Below are positions 9,313-20,415 of a DNA stretch of 64,000 nucleotides, piece by piece. How positions within the stretch are numbered: position 1 is the stretch's first letter; each line of letters begins with the position of its first letter. Both the position numbers and the translations under genes were made by a program. The notes under the pieces were generated by a model. That model did no database searches. It saw only the letters and a program-made list of their open reading frames with translations, and was not told the origin of the DNA. The stretch lies in the sequence record SRR31156797_5435. The stretch is one strand, 5' to 3'.

Positions 9313-11391
9313 CTAACGAAGCTTAATGAGCATCGCACACCCCATTAAGGGAGAAGGAAAAGAAAGGTACCACTTATTTTTCTTCTTTTGAAGCTGGATT
9401 CCCTGGCATTCAAATCCACAGGTATGAAGAATCGTACGAAAATCCATAGGTAGTTCAACCATTGTTTGGTCAAAGTTATGAATGATGAGCAAGGCTTGAT
9501 CACCAAGTTCCCGTTGAACGATTTGATAACCAGTTGGTTTTCGATAGGAAAGAATCTGACTTCGGACGACAGTTGTCGTTCCATCCTTGATCAAAGGACG
9601 ACAGTGATCGTAAAAGACGAAACAATCATCAATCACTTTCCACTGCTCTTTGGAAAGCTCATTGATATCGCCGGATAGACATATTCTTCCTAAAAAGGTA
9701 CTGATCAAAGAATAAAACAACCGTTGGGGTGAATCTCGCTTTCTAATGACCGCCCAAATCAGGCTTTGTCTCGGTAAAAGATGGTCATGCAAATTTGCTG
9801 CTATGATTGGGACACTGATTGCCTCATGAGCATCAGAAAAGCTCGACAGATCCGTCAGTTGGATCATTGAATACTCTAAGCGATGACCGCCTGACGAACA
9901 GTTTTCGATGATTAAATCAGGCAATTGCTGCTGAATACGCTTAATAAATGCCTGTGTTGCCAACAGCTGTAAGCGACTTTCTTCGCCAAAAGATTCCTTC
10001 CCATCAAAACCGATCCCAAAATTTTCATTATAATCGATTTTCAAATATCCGATATCATAGTACGTTAAAAAATTGATTACTCTCTCTTGTAAATAGTCAA
10101 TGACCCAAGGATCTCGCATATTCCAAAAGCGTCGATTGCCGACGGTTAGAGGCTGTCCATCTTTATTCAATAGATGTTCAAAAAACGTACTGGCAACTGA
10201 CTGATCTCCGACTGTTTCAATTTCAAACCAAATGCCCGGAATCAGATCATGCTGCTTGATAGCAGCGATCACCGTCTCTAATCCATTGGGAAACTGTGAC
10301 GAACTTACTTGCCAATCACCATGACTACGTTCCCATCCATGTTGATTGGCATACCAGCCAGCATCAATGACATAATATTGAATCGCTTTCCCTTTTAAGG
10401 CAGCCAAATTTTTCAAAGTCATAGCTTCTGTTGGTCGTCCCCAAGATGTACAAAATTCGTTGAATTGGATTGCCAAATCCTCTTCCGTAGGATGCTGTTT
10501 TTGTGCCAAAGGTAACGTCAATATCTTTGTTAATCTTTGGGCGGCACTTGCTTCATTCCCGCAAGTGACGGTTAGGTATGCTTTTGGAGTGACAAAAACT
10601 TCACCCGGCATAACAGCTTTTAGCCAATGGCCATAATCTCGGTCTGCTAATCCACCCGACAAACAAAAATCCTCATCAAGACGATACGCATCAAACTGCC
10701 ATGATCCTGGTTGCGCAAGACTAACTGCCCATGTAATATCCTTTTGTTTGTCATAGATTGCCGCTTGCGGAAACCACCCTCTAACTGGCATCGAACCCAC
10801 TTGCCCAAATTTTTCTAATCCTACACCAGAAGGCTTCCATGAGGGCTCAAGCTGTAAGTCTTCAAGCAATTGTATGGTTTTACGCCCTTCAAAACTCCAC
10901 TTGCTTTGATAGCGGATCAAGCTCAAATTGCCTATTGGATTCTCGTCATAAAATGGACTAAGATTACTCAATGAGAAGCTTGCCAACATTTCAAGCATCT
11001 GGGGAATCTTCGTCCGATTTTCAAAGGTCACATAAGTTTCTATTACTGGAAACCCTATCTGCCAGCTTACATAATGGGTATAGTGATTTCCTCTATCATC
11101 AGCTAAGATGGTAGCAATTTCTTTTTTATTCGATTCCTGTTTATCGATTTGTTTCACTAATCGAAGGCTTTTGACTGTTGCACTATTCCGCATCGTACTC
11201 CCTGTGCTGAACCCTTTTGGGTAATCATCACCTATCAGTTTTGCTTGAATCAAGGAATCAAATTTGGTCTTTTTAGGTAGCTGTACTTCATGATGCAAAG
11301 AAGTTGGGCTAAGGAGCCATTCCACAGATTCGGCGGATTGATAGTAGTCGATCGTCATATCGCCAAACACGACCGTGCGTAACTTTTGCAT
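9313..11391 (-). CDS. Divergent GH36 (alpha-galactosidase clan) glycoside hydrolase
   Basis: 'YYVIDAGWY', 'PGIWFEIE', nucleophile motif 'YLKIDYN', 'IENCSSGGHR', 'SFSDAHE'; RBS GAAAGGAGG before ATG 11391. Confidence 0.8.
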   Translation of the reverse strand: MQKLRTVVFGDMTIDYYQSAESVEWLLSPTSLHHEVQLPKKTKFDSLIQAKLIGDDYPKGFSTGSTMRNSATVKSLRLVKQIDKQESNKKEIATILADDRGNHYTHYVSWQIGFPVIETYVTFENRTKIPQMLEMLASFSLSNLSPFYDENPIGNLSLIRYQSKWSFEGRKTIQLLEDLQLEPSWKPSGVGLEKFGQVGSMPVRGWFPQAAIYDKQKDITWAVSLAQPGSWQFDAYRLDEDFCLSGGLADRDYGHWLKAVMPGEVFVTPKAYLTVTCGNEASAAQRLTKILTLPLAQKQHPTEEDLAIQFNEFCTSWGRPTEAMTLKNLAALKGKAIQYYVIDAGWYANQHGWERSHGDWQVSSSQFPNGLETVIAAIKQHDLIPGIWFEIETVGDQSVASTFFEHLLNKDGQPLTVGNRRFWNMRDPWVIDYLQERVINFLTYYDIGYLKIDYNENFGIGFDGKESFGEESRLQLLATQAFIKRIQQQLPDLIIENCSSGGHRLEYSMIQLTDLSSFSDAHEAISVPIIAANLHDHLLPRQSLIWAVIRKRDSPQRLFYSLISTFLGRICLSGDINELSKEQWKVIDDCFVFYDHCRPLIKDGTTTVVRSQILSYRKPTGYQIVQRELGDQALLIIHNFDQTMVELPMDFRTILHTCGFECQGIQLQKKKNKWYLSFPSPLMGCAMLIKLR

Positions 11392-11436
11392 ATAACGGCC
11401 TCCTTTCATTTGTATACTGCCTACTAATCGATTCCT

Positions 11437-12648
11437 TTAAAAAAAGCTCTGCGTAATAAGTCCTTGCAATTCAATCACCTGGTTTTTCCCAATTTCAATC
11501 TTCGTCGGATTCAAAAATTCCACTTGTTGAAGTTCCAGTTGAACACTTTCGTCCACCCGAAGAAAACAAGCTTCCCCTGTATAATCAATCTTGAGATTCT
11601 TAAATTGTAATCGGACCTGTTCACCGTTCCCAAAAAAGTTTGATGTCTTGCGAATCCCAGAAATCGAGCAATTCTCTATCAATAACTGGCGCAAAGGTCG
11701 ATTATTTTGCATTAGTTTCTTTTCGCCATACTCGTAAACAAGAAACTTATCTGCGTCAGCGATTTTACTATCAATTAAGCGAATGTTTTGGGCATCTTTT
11801 TGAATCGTATCTGCCTCAATCGCATAGTATTTAAAAATGGCATGGGTATAATACGTATTTTCTGAAAGGTGAGGATAACGCCCTGGACCTTGAAACCTAC
11901 AGTTTTTAAAGGTAATCGTATCGCCACCGATCCTCATTGCGTTGCAAGCTGTATTTAAAAAACAATCTTCTACCATCAGCTGCTCAATGTCATACCCAGC
12001 AAAGCAGTCATCTCCACAAGCTAAATGACAATCACTGACATAAATGTTGGTGGAATGATGTAAATTGAATCCGTCATGCCCCGCTTCGATGGTTACATTG
12101 TTTATTTGGACATTTTGACAGCCATCGATCGTATGACTCCAGTTAGCACTATTTTTAAAACAATAACCAGCTAATTGAACCCCCGTGATTTGGGAAAGGA
12201 TGATCCCCATCGGTCCACGAAAGCCTTCTTCTCCATTTTCGTCGAAAGTATCTTGACCATCGATCAACGATCCAGGTTCCCCGATGATCTTCACATTTTC
12301 TTCTTTAAAAGCCGTGATCATGGCATAAAAATAATACTCAGGTAAATGCCAAATTTTTTTGTAGTATTCATCGTGCAAGTAGTTGATCGTACTTGGTACT
12401 TGAAAATCACAATAGTCCGCTAAGTTTTGGCTTCCCCTTAAGATTGCCCCAGATTTTAAACGTAAGGTGATATTTGAATAAAGACGTAAAGAGCCAATCA
12501 AATAGTCCCCCTCTGGTATGATTACTTCTCCTCCTCCAGCCTTTCGACAAGCATCGATGCATGATTGAATCGCCTTTGTTTGATTTTTTTCTGAATTTGT
12601 TGACACCCCGTAATCAGTGATAATAAACGTGTTCCTTTGGTCTTCCAT
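11437..12648 (-). CDS. Right-handed beta-helix GH28-like hydrolase, cytoplasmic
   Basis: 'TKAIQSCIDAC..GGGEVIIPEGDYLIGSLRLYSNITLRL', 'HDG', 'GDDC'; no signal peptide. Confidence 0.7.
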   Translation of the reverse strand: MEDQRNTFIITDYGVSTNSEKNQTKAIQSCIDACRKAGGGEVIIPEGDYLIGSLRLYSNITLRLKSGAILRGSQNLADYCDFQVPSTINYLHDEYYKKIWHLPEYYFYAMITAFKEENVKIIGEPGSLIDGQDTFDENGEEGFRGPMGIILSQITGVQLAGYCFKNSANWSHTIDGCQNVQINNVTIEAGHDGFNLHHSTNIYVSDCHLACGDDCFAGYDIEQLMVEDCFLNTACNAMRIGGDTITFKNCRFQGPGRYPHLSENTYYTHAIFKYYAIEADTIQKDAQNIRLIDSKIADADKFLVYEYGEKKLMQNNRPLRQLLIENCSISGIRKTSNFFGNGEQVRLQFKNLKIDYTGEACFLRVDESVQLELQQVEFLNPTKIEIGKNQVIELQGLITQSFF

Positions 12649-12814
12649 TTTTCATTTCCTCCTGTCCAATAATCATTTTTTTCCACCCAATCATTTCTCA
12701 AAAATGAATACAATTCAATTATAATGCGGATCTAATTGTTGAATAACTGAAAAAACGATATAATTGGTGTCAGAAAGTTACCTTTCTAATGTCTTTGCTA
12801 TGAAGGAGTATCGA

Positions 12815-13798
12815 ATGATCTATCAGATTCATTTAAATCTACCAATTTTCAATTTATGGAGTGGGTTGTTTTCGAACAATAATAATCAAACATGGCGCCA
12901 CAAAGAAACCCATCATTCCGAAAATTTTGAACTTATCTTGCCAATAAAAAACGATGTTTCCTTGACCATCAACGAAAAAGAGGTATTGATCAAAGAAAAC
13001 GAATGCTTTTTGATACCGCCATATGCGAAAATCAAAGCTGCTGCTACAATTGAACATGAAGTTCATTTTTACTGGCTACATTTCATTGCTTCTTACCAAA
13101 CGATTTCTTTAAAAGAGCCTATGTTACAAAAAGGCCTACAGGATCTAGCAACACTAACGATGCCAACAGAGCTAAATAATTTTATCTTTCTCCCACAACG
13201 TTTCCAGTTAAAGTATCCCGAACGAATCGTTGTTTTGCTTAATCAATTGCTTACAAACGGAAAAAGACAACAATACACACAACGGGGGAATGATTTTTCT
13301 TTAACCTTATTACTGATCGCTCTTTGTGATGATTACCTAAATCAATTGGCACATACCGCGAAAAATCATGTCAAAAAAACTGCATTGATTGCCGAGTGGA
13401 TTCGGGTCAACCTTACAAGTGAACTCCACTTATCTGATATTGCTAACCATTTTGGCTTGAATCCCAATTATCTTAGCAGGCTGTTCAAAAAGGAACAGGG
13501 AATTGGTATCAAAGAGTATATGGTAAACATCAAAATTGATTATGCAAAAACACTTTTAGCAACAACCAATTTATCGGTCAATGAAGTAGCTGATCAAGCT
13601 TTCTTTTCCGATGCAAAGCATTTTATGAGGACCTTTAAACAGAAAAATGGCTTAACCCCTTCTGACTATCGAGCAGAAAATGCGCAAACCAACCTAAATT
13701 CTAGTCAAATGAATCTTTCCGCCCCGTTACCACAGCAATTAGGCAATGAGGCACTAAAGAAGCTTATCTATCAGATTTTGAAAGAAAATCATCAATAA
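12815..13798 (+). CDS. AraC-family regulator with cupin sensor domain
   Basis: 'FYWLHF' cupin and C-terminal HTH 'NPNYLSRLFKKEQG...HFMRTFKQKNGLTPSDYR'; RBS GAAGGAG before ATG 12815; divergent from the GH28-like gene. Confidence 0.88.
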   Translation: MIYQIHLNLPIFNLWSGLFSNNNNQTWRHKETHHSENFELILPIKNDVSLTINEKEVLIKENECFLIPPYAKIKAAATIEHEVHFYWLHFIASYQTISLKEPMLQKGLQDLATLTMPTELNNFIFLPQRFQLKYPERIVVLLNQLLTNGKRQQYTQRGNDFSLTLLLIALCDDYLNQLAHTAKNHVKKTALIAEWIRVNLTSELHLSDIANHFGLNPNYLSRLFKKEQGIGIKEYMVNIKIDYAKTLLATTNLSVNEVADQAFFSDAKHFMRTFKQKNGLTPSDYRAENAQTNLNSSQMNLSAPLPQQLGNEALKKLIYQILKENHQ

Positions 13799-13864
13799 AA
13801 AAACATTTGTCCACCTTTGGTCCGTTTTAACGGAACTTGTTCAAGGTGGATACAAATGTTTTTT
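13797..13864. terminator. Bidirectional terminator
   Basis: AAAAACATTTGT-CCACCTT...AAGGTGG-(at)-ACAAATGTTTTT between convergent genes. Confidence 0.7.
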
Positions 13865-13874
13865 GTTCTTTTAT

Positions 13875-16850
13875 TTAGAAATCGTAATAAAAAAGCAATT
13901 TTTCTTCTTCTGCAAGTGCATTTGCATCAGTTGTTTGTTTTTGTCCTAAGACGAGTGTCAATTCAGGGTCTTGCTCTTTTGCAACTGCTGAAAGATCGAT
14001 TTTTATGATTCGATCCTCATAAAACGGAGCGGTCAGAAAAACAAATCCTCGTCCCGTTCCCATGACAGAAAACGTCTCGTTTTCAGTAATTTCTGTTTGA
14101 TTTGCTTTGATCAACTGATCACCCGCAGCATTTTTTTCATCTGTAATTGACAAGTAACAGTTTGCCGATTGGTTCCACAGTGCAACCTTCCCTCCATCCA
14201 GAGGTATTAGTTGGAAAAGATCAGCTTCAACATATTTTTTACTGATTTGTAGAAGACTTTCATCGTTAGTGGATAAATAAGAATTTCGTGTCTCATAAAC
14301 ATACTCGTCGCCTACTTTGGTTAAGGTTCTTTCATACCAAGGTTCTAAGCGTGTTCTTATTCGCAAAGTTAAGCTTGGCGCAGTCTCATAAATCGGGCCA
14401 TTGTAAAAAGTCAACGTTGAAAAATTCAAATGATCATTATGGATGTACCCTTGGGCGCGCATTGCTGCAGCAGCTTTGCTTGTCCAGGTCGTATCAACGG
14501 GACTATCGTGAAAGCGTGCTGCCACTTGTTCATATATTGGACGCAACTCTCCGCGATTGATGCGTTCACTATCTAGCCGGGTCCAATACCCTCGATTCGG
14601 GTTTTGGAAAACGTTCATGAGGGGGGTGAATGGTACCTCTTCAAATAAATTGTACTTGGCAGCCCATTCAAAGGCTTTCACTAAGCGATAATCATGTAAT
14701 GAATAAAGATCGATCCCTTGATTCGCAGCGGCTTCAGCCACAGATGCCAAATAGCTGATCCCTAACTGAGCATGTGCTTGGTCACGTCCACTTTCAACCG
14801 ATTGCCCCGTATCACTAACATAGACAGCAATCGATCCATTGATATGAATCGACTGATACAGATTGATCGCCCGCTCAACGATCGGTTGACTATCTGTAAA
14901 AAGACCAATCGCCATCATCGCATTCATAGCCGCCGTATCCCAGTTGCCGTTTGCTAACATCGGAACCCCTAGATCTTCAATTACTGGATACACAGTATTA
15001 ATTAGCATTTCTTGGGTTTGGCTGATATCTTCGGCAGTATATCCAGAATAACCACCTTGATAATGCGCAAGTATCTCTGCTGCTTCTATTAATTTCGAAC
15101 TACTGATCGCAGCGCCCAAAATGCGATCACGGCCATCAATCACCTTTAAGGTTTGCGACCAGCCATTAATGATTTCTGTAGCTTTTTGTGCATAGTCATC
15201 CTCTTCTGTGATGACCCATTGTAGGGCTAAAAAGTACGCAGCATTGCTGGCGCTTTCAAATTTGCCGATATTGCCATGACCTTCTGGAGCACCGCGTCCC
15301 ACTCCTTCTAAAGGCGTATCTATAAATGTCAATGCACTTTGATCATTGGAGACCCCTTGTTTAAGTTTTAAATAATCACTATACCAGGGTTCTTTTTTCT
15401 CAGCGATTCGTTGTTTCATCTGATCGAGATGTTCAGTGGTCAGTTGGATACCTGGATGGGTAAAGGATCTAGCTTCACTTACTCCTTTTACCGTATACGT
15501 TGCCTGCTGATAAGTAACTTCGATGCTTTCAGGCAAATCCGCTACTGGGAAAACAGCTTGAAAATAGTCGCTTGTTTTCTGAACTTTAGCTGAAACATTT
15601 AATTGATAATCATCTGGCAGATCATCACTTGTGATCGGCAACCATCGAACAAACACTTGATTTGCACGTATTTCATGGTCAACAATCAGCGCTCCTGAGA
15701 ACTCAGTTTCTTCAAAAACAAAGTACGCTGGTCGATTTTGTTGTCGACTAGCAGTTAAGCTTCCTTCCTGCCAATGTAAAAACCAATGAGTAACGGAGGG
15801 TTCGTCTCGTAAAGTATCTAGATCTGAAGCGATCGTATAAAGGTTTGACTCAGGATAATAATGAATGGATAACCGTTCATTATCATTGACGGATGCGGCG
15901 GTAAAGTTGAATAAAAAGCGTTCGTCTTTCTTTTGATAATAGTTTTTTTGTTCATCTGATTCTGAAAAATAGTTTTGAAAGGTCAGAAATTTACCAGTGG
16001 TGGTTGATTGAATTTGAGCTGTCGGTTTTAAAGAACCAGTTATTTTGTGGATCGGTTCTGCCACATACAAAGCAAACGTCTCTGCTTCTTGTTCATTCCC
16101 TACTGTGTAAATTGCCCCATTTTCCCTAACGGCAAAGTAACTCCCCGAATCAGTTTTGATTTTCATGTACTTCACTGGTAATGAAGCGTTGGTGAAATAA
16201 TTACCAATCTTATGTCCCTCTATGGTTTGGGGTACTTCATCAGTTGTCCGTATAATCTTGACATAGGGCGCTCTTGTCGAACGAATTGAAAAAAGTTCGG
16301 ATGCAGCAATCGATTCATCAAGACTTTTTTCTGTATAAAAGTGGATGGTCACTTCTTGACGATTCGCAGCTTTGGCTTCTTTGATCAAATCAGTGATATC
16401 TAACGTAACTACTGCCTCTCCATTTGGCAGCGTGACTTCATACGTTTTCGTATCCTTCAATACGCTAGGCTTGTTGTCGTAAGTGATCGTATCAGAATCC
16501 CACTGACTCCCGGCTTGTCCTCCACTAGTCAATTCATTGGAAGCCTCTTGGAAAAACAACTGGTTGCCGCCATGAGTAGTCACCATTTCCAATTGGATCT
16601 GTTTGATCGTTTCTATGTCTGTCAAATCACTGATAGCTAATTTCATATAAGCTTCTCTTAATTTTCCTACAATTAATTTTTCTCTGTTTCGTTCTTTCAT
16701 CACTTCTCCATGTTGACCATTAAAGTTTGAGACAAACGCATCATCAACAATGATGATTTCCTCTCTTTCGCTAGCAAATCCTACTTGAACACTTAAAATA
16801 CTAAGAAACAGACTACCAAGCAACAAAAACCAAACTTTTGCGATCCCCAT
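13875..16850 (-). CDS. Secreted multidomain alginate-lyase-superfamily ((alpha/alpha) toroid) protein
   Basis: Signal peptide ending 'VGFA'; N-terminal 'WDSDTITYDNKP' CBM-like module; core motifs 'FTHPG', 'NGNWD', 'ESGRDQAHAQLG'; beta-rich flanking domains. Confidence 0.7.
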   Translation of the reverse strand: MGIAKVWFLLLGSLFLSILSVQVGFASEREEIIIVDDAFVSNFNGQHGEVMKERNREKLIVGKLREAYMKLAISDLTDIETIKQIQLEMVTTHGGNQLFFQEASNELTSGGQAGSQWDSDTITYDNKPSVLKDTKTYEVTLPNGEAVVTLDITDLIKEAKAANRQEVTIHFYTEKSLDESIAASELFSIRSTRAPYVKIIRTTDEVPQTIEGHKIGNYFTNASLPVKYMKIKTDSGSYFAVRENGAIYTVGNEQEAETFALYVAEPIHKITGSLKPTAQIQSTTTGKFLTFQNYFSESDEQKNYYQKKDERFLFNFTAASVNDNERLSIHYYPESNLYTIASDLDTLRDEPSVTHWFLHWQEGSLTASRQQNRPAYFVFEETEFSGALIVDHEIRANQVFVRWLPITSDDLPDDYQLNVSAKVQKTSDYFQAVFPVADLPESIEVTYQQATYTVKGVSEARSFTHPGIQLTTEHLDQMKQRIAEKKEPWYSDYLKLKQGVSNDQSALTFIDTPLEGVGRGAPEGHGNIGKFESASNAAYFLALQWVITEEDDYAQKATEIINGWSQTLKVIDGRDRILGAAISSSKLIEAAEILAHYQGGYSGYTAEDISQTQEMLINTVYPVIEDLGVPMLANGNWDTAAMNAMMAIGLFTDSQPIVERAINLYQSIHINGSIAVYVSDTGQSVESGRDQAHAQLGISYLASVAEAAANQGIDLYSLHDYRLVKAFEWAAKYNLFEEVPFTPLMNVFQNPNRGYWTRLDSERINRGELRPIYEQVAARFHDSPVDTTWTSKAAAAMRAQGYIHNDHLNFSTLTFYNGPIYETAPSLTLRIRTRLEPWYERTLTKVGDEYVYETRNSYLSTNDESLLQISKKYVEADLFQLIPLDGGKVALWNQSANCYLSITDEKNAAGDQLIKANQTEITENETFSVMGTGRGFVFLTAPFYEDRIIKIDLSAVAKEQDPELTLVLGQKQTTDANALAEEEKLLFYYDF

Positions 16851-16936
16851 TTTCTGCCTCCTTTTTTTAAAAAAATAGTCAAAATAATCGACCAACGTTA
16901 TCAGCTATGTCTTGTCTCTTTTCACAAAAAAGCTAT

Positions 16937-19900
16937 TTATGCTTTTCCAGATCTAAAACGCAATTGTGCTTGTTCTAAATGCCAATCGGCTACATTCAAT
17001 TCATCTTTACGTCCATCTTTTAGCCTTACAGTCAAGGTGTTTTCTGAAATCGTTGCCGACTCAACTTTGCTTTCTTGATCGTACTGCTCGAGAATCGTTG
17101 CAAACTGGGCTGTTCGTCCCTCTTTGCGAATACCAACTACTCGCCGATGATCGGATTCATCTCCTAACGGATAATCGCCACCTATCACAATCTCTAATGA
17201 TGCTGCATCAACGCCGCTGAGATCGATCGTTATCGTTCCAGAAATCGCTTCTGCAATTGGCGTGGCTGGCAAAGCGGATTGGATCACTTGGGTTCCAAAT
17301 TCGATAGGACCGCCAAAGTAATCTCGGTTCTCATATGGGGATTGTTTGATACCTTCTGTCACTCGTGGCAGTTGATTAATAGGAATTCTCTCCCCTGCGT
17401 GGGTCTTGATGACTCCTTCACCCCAAAACACTGCAGGCAAAGGCACGTCTTTTCCACTTCCGTATTCATTCGCAACATAAGTTGTCTTAGTTTCTAAAAC
17501 GATCGTTTGGCTCTTTGCAGGAATAGCTACTTGAATTTCTTCTTTTCCAAAAATCCAAGTACCCATCTTGTTTTCATGAAGAACACTCTTTTCCGTTCGA
17601 ATCTGATAAACCAGTTGCTGTTGTGTTTGACTATATGCTGGCTCCATCCCCACAAAAACGGGCGCATTTTGCGGGTGGATCATGTGAATAGCCAAGTTTA
17701 GTAATCCCGGTTGATTTTGACTGGTTCGCAACGGTGTGAGCCAGCCCTTATCATTGTATTTATGCATATCGACCGAAAAAGAAAACCTTAATGGTTCTTG
17801 TGCACGAAACCAATGCACATCTGTCATAAACTGAGCGCTTGATAACGGATCATCTGAAAGTTTTTCTGTTGTCTTTTGGTACGCGATATCTTTGCCAACT
17901 AAAAAGTACCGAGCATCTTGAGGGTCATTACTAAGTAAATAATCTGCTTCTAGCTCTTTAGCAAAAATTCCCTTTAATCCACTTGCATGGTATAGACAAT
18001 CAAAAGCATGGGTATCTTCTCCTTCCAGATAATCAAGTACAATGACATAGTCATCGGTCACTACAACTGCTCGTCGTTGGAGGATCTCTTCAGTAAAAGC
18101 GGATCTTTGGCTATATTCAGGTGTCTCATCAGGAATAAACACGCTTCGACCTTCTTGCCAGCATCTTTCGCGAAATGTCTCAGCGTTGCCGACTCTCCAA
18201 CCACCATAAGGCGGTTGACACCATTTCGTACGAATTTCCTGAACAATGTATTGGTACTCTGTCTCGCTTACACATGCCAACGTTTTCGTTGGTGCCGGAT
18301 CTTGCTGCTTGAGATCAACAACTGTCATATTATGGGTGAGCGAATTTTGAACATAAAACTTATACATAAACGTATGATAGGCATACCAAACATTTTCCGG
18401 GTTATAGAAACTTTTCCCAAAACGTCGCATCGAGTTTAACGCTAATCGATCATAGTGTCCATGAGCTCCCCCTAAAATTCCGCTCTTCAAAGTTACTTGA
18501 TATTGTTGTTCGGCAGAACGCTTCGGAGCATTCGAATGCAACAAAGCAATGCCAGCAACCTCAGCGATGACAGCCTCACGATAGGGAACCTTTTTCTCAT
18601 GAGGAGTATCTGACAACTGAGCGACACCAAAACAAAGATCACGGTCCTCGGGTCGAATCGTCCTAAGCAAAGAGAGATACGCGGGTTTTTGATACAAGCG
18701 GTAAGCTAAATCGTATCTTGGGTCCATTAGATGGACACCAACTGCTCGCGATTCACAGGAATCATTCATGCCAAATATCACGCCAGTTTCATCATAATAA
18801 TCGATCATGCTATCGGTCAGCATTTCAATGGAACGATAATTTTTGTCAGTAGGACCCCAGACTTCTGTGGAAAGCCCGTCAATGCGATCACTTTCATCTA
18901 AACCTTTCTGATGAAGATCATAGTATGGGGCATAATTTGCTGGGACTCTTTGCAAATGCAACTGGTAACCCCATTTGTTCACAATCTGACTGATTTCTAA
19001 AAAAAGACCCATTGCTAGCAAGTTGTAACCAATGGACGCTTCATACCACCAGCCATCATTTAGGATTCCTTTACTGATATGCTCGATCACCCCACCAGGA
19101 CAGTGTAAAAAGTAATCAATCTTCTCCAGATCCTGTAAAGCAGCTGCACAAGCAATGACCCCAGCTAATTCAGCTAAATTCCAATTCGATATTTTCCCCC
19201 GATGACATTCATCCCGAATAATGGACATAAATAGTCGAAAGGCTTCCTCAATCTTTTGTTTGTCATCTTTTGTAAGCAAACCGCTATGCTTCAATCGATC
19301 ATAAGTTAGCGCTGCGTGTTTAAAAAACTCACCTTCATGGACTAATTCTTGATTTCCTGCATGTGGTAAAACAAGGTATCCTTTTTCATCGTCAACCAAT
19401 TTTTTCAAGAATTCAGCCGCATTTTTTCCAAATACTTCTTCCTCACTCAGCAAATAAATCAACGCAGCATTTCCTGCTTCGTCTGATTGCCTACTCATAA
19501 AAAGATAGGGCAATTCAGGATCGATTTTAGGCACCTGCCAAAGCTTAGCCCTTTGATAGAGCTGTTGGTACTTTGCCTGCGCCCATGGTGTGCTGCCTAT
19601 TTTCTCTTGGATCTCATGGATATCAGCGCTTGAAAGGGTGGTCGTGAACGTTTCTTCGTAACGACCCGTTATAAAGGTTAAGGTTTGCGTAAAACCTCTA
19701 CGATCAATGAGTTGGATTTTATGCTTTTCTGAAGCCAATGGACCAAAACGGAGATCATCAAATACACTGAGGAGAACCACTTTTTCTTCAAAAGGCTTCA
19801 GTTCTAGCCCTTTGATTGGTTGATCCGAGCCGCTCTCATGAAACAGTGTCGTCAAAATCTCCCAGCCCATTTTCTGCTGCGCGATCTGAACAAATTGTGG

Positions 19901-20415
19901 TTTTGAGGTGGTATTTGTCAAAGTTATCTCATAATCGACTTGTTTTTTCTGCAATGCTTTTCCTTTGATTGTAGCATCCATATATACGCAGGGTGCCGCA
20001 ATAATCTCTAGTTGTTTGATCGCCTCTTTTTTTACCCCCCAACACTCAATGCCGACAATAGCTTTTAAATAAATCAGCATTCCTTGATCAAACCCAAACT
20101 GGCTGAAAGGCACATATTGGGTTTGCCCCGAAAGCAGCACTACTTCAGTTTCAAAAAACGGATCGCCTCTTCTTGTGGATTGCGATTTACACTGCATGCC
20201 AAACGAATCTTCATCCGCTTGTTTTTTTGCGCCCCCACTTCTAAGCGAAGGCCCCACCAACCTAGCGCATTGGCTGCACACGGTTGGTACTGGATAAAGC
20301 CATGTTCGACCCAGTGCATTACTCTTTTAGAATTTGAAAATAGCCAGGTACATTTGTTTTCCTCTGATTGTTCATTCCACGATAAAATATCATAAGTAGT
20401 TACTTTCTTTTTCAT
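16937..20415 (-). pseudogene. Large heparinase II/III-like oligosaccharide lyase interrupted by a -1 frameshift near the 5' end
   Basis: RBS AAGGAG and ATG 20415 open a 91-aa frame ending at 20140; the 1114-aa frame lacks a good RBS and carries 'SNWNLAE', 'DGWWYEASIGY', 'HGHYDRL', 'SLTHN'; adding one base gives 1159 aa. Confidence 0.65.

Noticed and set aside
20140-20415. 91-aa ORF as an independent small gene
   Set aside because: Better explained as the N-terminus of the frameshifted lyase
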